Below are positions 57,148-64,000 of a DNA stretch of 64,000 bases, in pieces. The DNA is from Diplonema japonicum. Lineage: Eukaryota > Protista > Euglenozoa: Diplonemea. Position numbers and translations under genes: made by a program. A model generated the notes under the pieces. The model ran no database searches. It saw nothing but the letters and a program-made list of their open reading frames with translations, and was not told the origin of the DNA. Position 1 is the first letter of the stretch. Each line of letters opens with the position of its first letter. Where the stretch lies: the NCBI GenBank assembly GCA_964019335.1, contig OZ025657.1, positions 682,001-746,000 of the forward strand, in the 5' to 3' direction.

Positions 57148-58061
57148 ATGTTGCTGTTTGTGTCAGTGCTGTGTGTGCTGGCAACAGCCGAGCCCACGCG
57201 GGAGAGCGATCTGAACAGTGGTGTGCAGATGGTGGTGATCACCATCACGGTGGCCATCCTTGCAGGACTGATAGGTGTGGTGGTGTTCCTGCTGCGCAGC
57301 GACGACGAAGACACCAAGAGGCAAAGTGTCCTGGGGGACGATTTGCAAGAGCTAACGAAACATTATATGCCGCCTTGTGAGAATTGTGGCCAGAAATTAC
57401 CGCAGAATATGCTGTGTGAGAAATGCCAAGTAGTTGGCTACTGCACCGCAGAGTGCCAAGAGGCGCACCTTCCCAGACACCGTGAGGTGTGCCATAGGTT
57501 GGCTGCGCTGCGTACCAAACATGCGGACTCGAATGCGACGGGGGGTGCTAAGGAGCCAGCCAACCACGCGTCGCAGAGGGGGTATTTCAACAACTGGGAG
57601 GCCACAAAGCATACGGCCATACTGAAGGACACTGCTGCATTCTTTGTGAAGTACAAGCGTGGCATTATCGACTGCGCAGTCTCGCACCTTCCACAAAGCG
57701 GCAGGGGACTTGTGCTGGCAGATGTCTCAACCGAGCGCTTTAAGCCCCTCCACAAAGTAGAGGACCCTGTGAGGCTGATGTACGTGTCGGCACAAAGCAT
57801 TGTGGCGAACCCCATGCTGTCGCTCCTGGCGTGCAACAAGATCAAGGACCTTGTCACCGGCTACGACCCTAACAAGTCAGCAGTCGTGGTATTCACAAAC
57901 GGGCTCAACTACCTCGAGGTATGATTCGTAGCAACGCACCACACTCTCAGCGCATGGATGCCCACTGCCCTGCACTCGTTCTCAGCTTTGACGATGAAGA
58001 AGCTTGCCGCACAATACTCAACATGACTAGCACCTTTCTCGTAAATAGAAAGTCACCTTAA
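57148..58061 (+). CDS. Single-pass membrane protein with a MYND zinc finger
   Basis: Signal peptide, TM, then CENC...CEKC...YCTAECQEAHLPRHREVC (MYND). Intron 57919..57950; stop at 58059-58061. Confidence 0.8.
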
Positions 58062-58344
58062 CATTATATTTTGTTGCCATCCTTGCTTGTCCTCCCTGTG
58101 GAGGAAGGCGAGTAGAACACTGGTGTGCATTTCATGCATAGTGCTACAACCGGAAATGATCACCTTTAAGATATTTAGTTTCCTGTTTTTTTTTTTTTTT
58201 TTTTTTTTTTACTTAAGCCAAAGTAAGGTGTCTTCGATACCCACGGATAACTGACCGTATAAAGCTCGTTGGTAGATGGTTAATATATTTCCTAACATTC
58301 TTATTCTCCCACACCCCGGCGATGCCTGCACCTCACACAGTAAG

Positions 58345-59124
58345 ATGGTGAAGACATATGGGGAGGCCTTCCCGAACATCGCAGCAGGGTCGTCGATAAT
58401 ATCTGTGGCGACAGTAGCGTTCACATATCCACAAGTAGTGACGGTCAGCAACGGCAGGCTGCCGAAGGCGACATGGGGTAACACCGCGAAGGTGATTTCT
58501 AAGACAATGCCGTTCCAGATCCCTGTGAAGTTCATGCAGTTCTCGTGCATGAGAGGCCTGAAGCACAAGCTGGACAGCATCTCCCCCGCAACATCAGGCC
58601 TGAACACGATGATTTCCTACGGTACGACAGGTGTCCCCTTCCAGTCGGTGATGTACAACCAGTGCATCAGCGACATTTATAAATTCCACAGCGCATCAGC
58701 CCCATCTGTGGGCGGCAATACGTTTATCGAGAAATCAAAGGCACTTTTCTGGACGAAGGTCTACCCTGGCATAGCATGGTGTTTTGTGCGAGAATCCTGC
58801 GCAACAGGTGGTGCTCTTGTGCTCGGTCCCCTCATTCGTCCGAAGGTCGAAGAAGTCGTGGGCTCGGACTACCCTACCCTTCTCAAATTTGGCACGGGCC
58901 TCTTAGCTGGTTTCGTCACTGCATTCCTTACACAGTGGATCCACAACACAGCGCTGACTGCGGGTGCCATGGCGGAGATGGGCGAAAAGGCCACCACAGC
59001 AGCGTCCTTCAAGCGTGCCATCACGGAGCTGGGGCCGTCCATCGTCTACAAGAACTACGGGCGCCGCATGACATTGATCGCCATCGCGTCGGCCACGCTG
59101 AACACCATCCCTCTCTTTGAGTAG
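58345..59124 (+). CDS. Divergent mitochondrial carrier (SLC25)-like protein
   Basis: About 260 aa with tripartite hints: TYP, GVP, YPGI...VRE, GLLAG...FLTQ, ELG...YKNY..R. Signature motifs are degenerate. Confidence 0.55.
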   Translation: MVKTYGEAFPNIAAGSSIISVATVAFTYPQVVTVSNGRLPKATWGNTAKVISKTMPFQIPVKFMQFSCMRGLKHKLDSISPATSGLNTMISYGTTGVPFQSVMYNQCISDIYKFHSASAPSVGGNTFIEKSKALFWTKVYPGIAWCFVRESCATGGALVLGPLIRPKVEEVVGSDYPTLLKFGTGLLAGFVTAFLTQWIHNTALTAGAMAEMGEKATTAASFKRAITELGPSIVYKNYGRRMTLIAIASATLNTIPLFE

Positions 59125-59399
59125 AAGCCGCGCTTGCGGTAGAGCACGTGTCTTGTTGTAATTCGTTGCGCCGTGTCGGGTGTCTGCGATAGAACTGCGA
59201 ACACCAGACCACATTACGTATCGGTGCTAACTATACTATCGTGATCGGTGCACTCAACAGTATTTTCATGTTGGCAGTTGTTTCATCACTTGTGCGCATG
59301 CTGAGGGAGTCTCAAAGACCTGCAGCCAGTGCTTCGGCCTTTTACGTTTATCCTACCTTATTCCCACTTAGTTATTTGATCCAAACAGTACATATAGGC

Positions 59400-60884
59400 A
59401 TGGTTGTTCCTGTAAAATGTCCACCGCCCCCTCTCCCTCCCCTGCCCGTGTCAAGGGGAAGGGGGCCTCCCCCTCCCCCTCCCCCGCCCCCAGGTAAGGG
59501 GAAGGGTCCACCACCTCCACCTCCACCGCCGCCACCTCCACGTAAAGGGGCAGGTTGTGTTGTAGCGGTTAAAACACGGCCGATTCACTGGAAAAAGGTG
59601 CTGAAAACCAGCAAGCGGTGTCTCTTCGACCAACAAGGAGAGTCGGTGTTCGTGTTGGATGCCAGCAAGCTCCGCGACACCTTCAAAGTCGACAACAAGA
59701 AACGCAAGACAGCGTCTGGAAAGGTCTGCGCGGCACCAATCCAAGCAGAGACGGTCCTCCCTGCACAAAAGATGAAAAATGTTGAGATCACTTTGAAGGG
59801 CATCGGTTTCAAGTCCTGTGACGTGAACGAGATACTTGAGTTTGTGGACACACTGGGCGACGACTGCGGTTCTGAGCATTTAAAGGAGGTGGCAACACTG
59901 ATGAAAGGACTTCTCCTCACAGTGGACGAGCGCAAGCTGTTGGCACGCATGGACGAGGCAAAGCTTTGTGAATGCGAAAGGTTTCTTAAAGAATTCTCAG
60001 GTTCTCCACAAATACGTGAAAAGCTCAGTGCTGTGGAGGTGATCAGCACCTTTGCTGAGACGTTCGAATTCCTTGCCGACAGGCATGCCGTGCTCAAGAG
60101 GGTTATCATGGACATCACGAACAGCACCTATCTACACGAAGTGCTTCGTGCTGCAATAACGCTAGGCAACGAGCTCAACACAGGGAAACCATGGGGCAAC
60201 GCAACGTGTGTAGCACCGGAGTCGCTTTCCTTGTTTGCATCGGTTAGGACACAAGACCAAACAAGTGCCATAGACTACTTGGTGCAATGGGTGGCAGACT
60301 CGAAGGGGCAGGCATACTGGTCCATGTTCATCGCCTCCCTTTCGGAGTTGACAGTACACGCGAGCAAATTGTCTCTTGCCGACGTCATCTATGACAGTGA
60401 CAAGCTGATGCGTGCCTTGCATGCCATCCACTCCGTAGAGTGGGAGAGCGCGCTGTTTTGTGAAAATGTGGCTAGCTTCCTGTGTCATGACCCAAGTGTC
60501 GAAAAGTTCAAGAAAAGGTATAAAGAGTTCAAGGGTCTGCACAACAAAGGACAGCAAGCCTTGGCGCTGTTTGGCTGGGACGACTATAAACTGGAGGACT
60601 GTTTGTCTGCACTGGTGGCATTCAAGGCCGATGTGGTGGTCAGCATCAGGAAACTGAAGCTCGTGAATGTGTTCAAGAAGCCTTCGAAGGACTTCTTCAA
60701 GAAGTGGGCCGCCGGCAGTGTCAACATACCTATAACAGAAGGCAAGTTTGTGACGCTAACCGACCTCCTTATACAACCGGAGTCCCCCCCGTGTCCACAG
60801 ACCTCTGCTGCGTCAACACCGCCTTCCGACCGGTGGTTGCAGTTGCAACAGGCTGATGTAGCGTGGGATGCCGACATGTGGTAG
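59400..60884 (+). CDS. Minimal formin (FH1-FH2)
   Basis: Poly-Pro FH1, then KTRPIHWKKV, KNVEITL, ERF and LGNELN (FH2). Confidence 0.85.
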   Translation: MVVPVKCPPPPLPPLPVSRGRGPPPPPPPPPGKGKGPPPPPPPPPPPRKGAGCVVAVKTRPIHWKKVLKTSKRCLFDQQGESVFVLDASKLRDTFKVDNKKRKTASGKVCAAPIQAETVLPAQKMKNVEITLKGIGFKSCDVNEILEFVDTLGDDCGSEHLKEVATLMKGLLLTVDERKLLARMDEAKLCECERFLKEFSGSPQIREKLSAVEVISTFAETFEFLADRHAVLKRVIMDITNSTYLHEVLRAAITLGNELNTGKPWGNATCVAPESLSLFASVRTQDQTSAIDYLVQWVADSKGQAYWSMFIASLSELTVHASKLSLADVIYDSDKLMRALHAIHSVEWESALFCENVASFLCHDPSVEKFKKRYKEFKGLHNKGQQALALFGWDDYKLEDCLSALVAFKADVVVSIRKLKLVNVFKKPSKDFFKKWAAGSVNIPITEGKFVTLTDLLIQPESPPCPQTSAASTPPSDRWLQLQQADVAWDADMW

Positions 60885-61003
60885 CAAATAACAATCTCTC
60901 ATGTTTTCTCTCTTATCTCTCTTTTTTAACTAGTATTTGCTGTCTGCCACATTTCAACTCCCAGACACAACACACATGCGTGCACCCCGGTGATCACCTT
61001 CAC

Positions 61004-62596
61004 ATGCACAGACGTCCAGGTAGGCGCCAGTACTTGTGGTGGCCGTGTTTATTATTCTTGTTCGTTTCCAGTGTAGCTGTACTATGGCACAAAGGGGATG
61101 CGGGGGGCGAGCTAGAGGGGCCAGGGCGGAGGCTGTTGCAGGCGGCTAGCGGGTCGAAGATAGCCAACGCAACTGATGTGAATGCCACCAGCACGGCAAC
61201 ACTAGAAGCAGCGAGCAGTGACAGCGGGAACCCGTTGTACCCACCAGACCTCTTCACAGATGAACAGATCAGAAATGGAGCCTTCATCCTGTACCTAATG
61301 GGCATCTTCTACACCTTCTTTGCTTTGGCTATTGTCTGCGACGACTATTTCGTGCCCGCGCTCGAAGTCATCATTGACACACTTGGTCTCAGCGAGGATG
61401 TTGCTGGCGCCACCTTCATGGCTGCCGGTGGCTCTGCACCGGAGCTATTCACCTCCTTCCTTGGGGAGTTCGTGGCCAAGTCCAACGTGGGCTTCGGCAC
61501 CATCATCGGCTCTGCCGTTTTTAACGTGATGTTTGTGATCGGCGCTTGTGCTGTGGCGACACTGAGCCTCTACCCTGAGGGCATTCCTCTCACCTGGTGG
61601 CCGTTGTTCAGGGACTCTGCCTTCTACGCTGTCGACCTGGGGCTGCTCACGTACTTCTACTCCGACAAGAATATCGAGTGGTACGAGTCCCTGTGCCTCC
61701 TAGGGATGTACGGGCTGTACGTGCTGTTCATGTCCAGGAGCGAGAGCATACAGGAGTACATCGAGGGTTTTGTCAACACACAGGGGCGAACAAAGGAGAA
61801 CAAAAAGGCCTCCTTCGCAAGCATGGGGATCCCAGGAGAGCTCACTGAGAGTTTGTCCCCGAAGAGCGCCCCCCCTGTGATCGATGATCAGGAGATGCAG
61901 AGCATGCTTCTCATGGATGAGTCGGCGGAGCTGGCGAAGACGCTCTCAGTGGTGTCGACACGGTCGTCTTCTTCGGAGGAAGAGGACGGTACGTGGGAGC
62001 CGAAGATGCCGGAAGGGGCGTGGGAGAAAGTGAAGTTCATCACACTGTTCCCGATAAACGTGCTATTGTGGCTGACGGTGCCCAACTGCGCGATAGAAGA
62101 GAAGAAGCGATACTTCGTTGTGGCGTTCCTGCTGTCGATCCTGTGGATCGCCGTGTACTCCTACTTCATGGTGTGGTGGGCAGAGGTCCTGGGTCGGGCA
62201 CTAGAGATCCCCATTGAAGTGATGGGCTACACACTGCTAGCAGCAGGTACAAGTGTACCGGACTTGATAACAAGTGTCCTTGTGGCACGGCTGGGGCGTG
62301 GCGACATGGCAGTCTCTTCATCCATAGGGTCCAACATCTTTGACATCACACTGGGCCTCCCTCTGCCTTGGTTCTTGCGGAGTATAACGTCTTCAGGAAG
62401 CCCAGTTCACGTTGAGTCCACGTCCTTGGGCCCCTCTGTGGGTATGCTCATATTGATGCTTATTAGCGTGATTGCCTCTATTGCTGTATTTGGGTGGCGG
62501 CTTGATAAAAGGCTGGGTATCATTTGCTTTGGGCTGTATGTGGTGTTCGTGACCCTCTCGCTGCTCTTGGAATATGAAGTTATTACTGTGTTTTAG
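61004..62596 (+). CDS. K+-dependent Na+/Ca2+ exchanger (NCKX/SLC24-like)
   Basis: LYPPDLF, IVCDDYFVPAL, alpha-1 GATFMAAGGSAPELF, GTIIGSAVFN, alpha-2 AAGTSVPDLITS, GSNIFDI. Confidence 0.93.
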   Translation: MHRRPGRRQYLWWPCLLFLFVSSVAVLWHKGDAGGELEGPGRRLLQAASGSKIANATDVNATSTATLEAASSDSGNPLYPPDLFTDEQIRNGAFILYLMGIFYTFFALAIVCDDYFVPALEVIIDTLGLSEDVAGATFMAAGGSAPELFTSFLGEFVAKSNVGFGTIIGSAVFNVMFVIGACAVATLSLYPEGIPLTWWPLFRDSAFYAVDLGLLTYFYSDKNIEWYESLCLLGMYGLYVLFMSRSESIQEYIEGFVNTQGRTKENKKASFASMGIPGELTESLSPKSAPPVIDDQEMQSMLLMDESAELAKTLSVVSTRSSSSEEEDGTWEPKMPEGAWEKVKFITLFPINVLLWLTVPNCAIEEKKRYFVVAFLLSILWIAVYSYFMVWWAEVLGRALEIPIEVMGYTLLAAGTSVPDLITSVLVARLGRGDMAVSSSIGSNIFDITLGLPLPWFLRSITSSGSPVHVESTSLGPSVGMLILMLISVIASIAVFGWRLDKRLGIICFGLYVVFVTLSLLLEYEVITVF

Positions 62597-62925
62597 CAGT
62601 GCAAACAGAACACGAGAAAGAAAGAGAAAAAAAAGAGAAAAAAAAGAAGAAGAAGAAGAAGAAAAAGGTGGTGCGTCGTGCCTTCATTTCCCCTTAGCTG
62701 GGTGTCCCTCTCCTTTTGATACCGCCTTTTTCAAAAGAATGGAAGAAGAAGAAGAAAAAAAAAATATACAAAAGTTAAAAAAAAAGAAGAAACAGATAAC
62801 AACCTTTTTTTTTTCTTTTTTTTTTAAATCAAAGGTGAAGAGAAACAAAAAAAATGGCCTTTTGTATTTGATGTGCAAAAAGCTATCATCACGGTCCTTT
62901 TTTTTTTTAATTTACTATTATTGAT

Positions 62926-62978
62926 CATAGTATCGGGGGTTAACCCGCGTGGGTGATCGGTTAACCCTGGATGCTATG
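62926..62978. mobile_element. Internally deleted copy of MITE-like family A (almost pure palindrome)
   Basis: CATAGTATCGGGGGTTAACC and GGTTAACCCTGGATGCTATG match 17/20 as inverted repeats and share GTGATC-x-x-TTAACCCTGG with 33662-33679. Confidence 0.6.
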
Positions 62979-63449
62979 TATTATTATTATTATGGTTTGT
63001 TGTCACCGAAGAATCATCTTTTGAAAGGGTTTTCGGCTTCAGTCAAGGTGGTGGGAAAAAATGGCATGGAGTGGGGTGGTGGCAAAAAAAAAAAAAGAAA
63101 AAGCCATCTAGGTGAGTTTTTTTATTCTTTCTTTTCTCCTTTGTTGATGTAGTTCCCCCTGCCCTCCCCGCCCCCTTCGTTAATTCGGCCATTCTTCTCA
63201 TTAACCCTTGCCAACCTTTACTTGATATCACTTTAAAGCCTATTCTTTTTTTTTCTTTTTTTTTCCCCTGCTAGACCATCTCTCCTTTTTTTTTTGTTTT
63301 TGTTTTTTTACCTAGTCAGCGGGGTTTTTTCAAATAGAAAACTGTGTTTTTAGCACACTGAGTTATTTAGTTTCTTTTTTTTCTTCTTCTTTATTTTACC
63401 TCCTTTCCCCCTTATTTATTTGTCTGCCGCAGTTGGCACTCTTTAGCAA

Positions 63450-63483
<34 letters not shown>

Positions 63484-63948
63484 GGCACGGAAGAAGCGAC
63501 GCCCCTTCCCAGCGGACGAGAGAAAAAGAGTGAAGTCCCTCATCGCCATTGGAGGAAAGGCAGCTATTGGTTTCTCCAGGAGGCCTATTTTCGCCACCCG
63601 CTCCACGCACGACAAGCTAATGGAATTGAAAGCCGACTACAAGCGGGACCGCATCACACGACTCCGCAAGACGCTCACGGCCTCAATCGGAATGAAAGCA
63701 ATGCTCCAGAAGGGGAGTATTAACAGATAGACCCCCCCTCCCATAGGGCGGCCCTCTAGCGGGGGGCTTGTCCTGTACTTTGAGTTTTTTTTTCTTTTTT
63801 TTTTTTTTTTTTCAGGTGGTGGGGATAACATGAAAATATAAGAAAAACATCAGATGTGTTGTTCGCTGTTGACCTCCTCGTCGGTCATCACCGGTAGCAC
63901 CCGAGTGGAAGAACGTAACGCAGATGCTCAGGGTGACGAACAGGCAGC

Positions 63949-64000
63949 AAACTGCACGAGCGCAGAATCTTGGTTACCCGGGACGCCCCGGCTGGGGTTG
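63949..64000 (+). repeat. Dispersed repeat, copy 2 (runs off the window edge)
   Basis: AAACTGCACGAGCGCAGAATCTTGGTTACCCGGGACGCCCCGGCTGGGGTTG. Confidence 0.85.

Noticed and set aside
1-64000. tRNA, rRNA or intact transposase/reverse transcriptase genes
   Set aside because: None recognised by eye; tRNAscan-SE, Infernal and a TE HMM search would be needed to exclude them.

Overview
Eukaryotic genomic DNA, most consistent with a euglenozoan and probably a diplonemid-like protist (inference). All 27 supportable protein genes lie head-to-tail on the + strand, as in polycistronic transcription with trans-splicing; several are only ~100-165 nt apart and many start codons follow a nearby (C)AG. Unlike kinetoplastids, many genes carry tiny (29-57 nt) GT-AG introns, mostly GTATG...(A/C-rich)...ACAG. 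I placed 27 by hand; they explain the apparent frameshifts and split ORFs in the six-frame track, and 24 lie in the 3' half of their gene. Gene content is signalling, trafficking and transport: Vti1-like SNARE end, TMEM161-like, DUF4795-like, SGNH hydrolase, histidine phosphatase, Arf, His/Cys coiled-coil, receptor adenylyl cyclase, EF-hand PIP kinase, FYVE-lipase, four-repeat Ca-type channel, CAMK-like kinase, FCP/SCP phosphatase, Vps26-like, UAA transporter, PHD protein, kinase-LRR-DSP, Ubl protein, JmjC, FA2H, IQ protein, DMT, MYND, mitochondrial carrier, formin and NCKX. The most notable observations are a NADAR/YbiA-like domain inside the II-III linker of the four-repeat channel, the mini-intron system, a 21-residue His/Cys coiled-coil repeat, two MITE-like inverted-repeat families and other dispersed repeat remnants. 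All protein calls come from motifs read by eye; no database searches were run.
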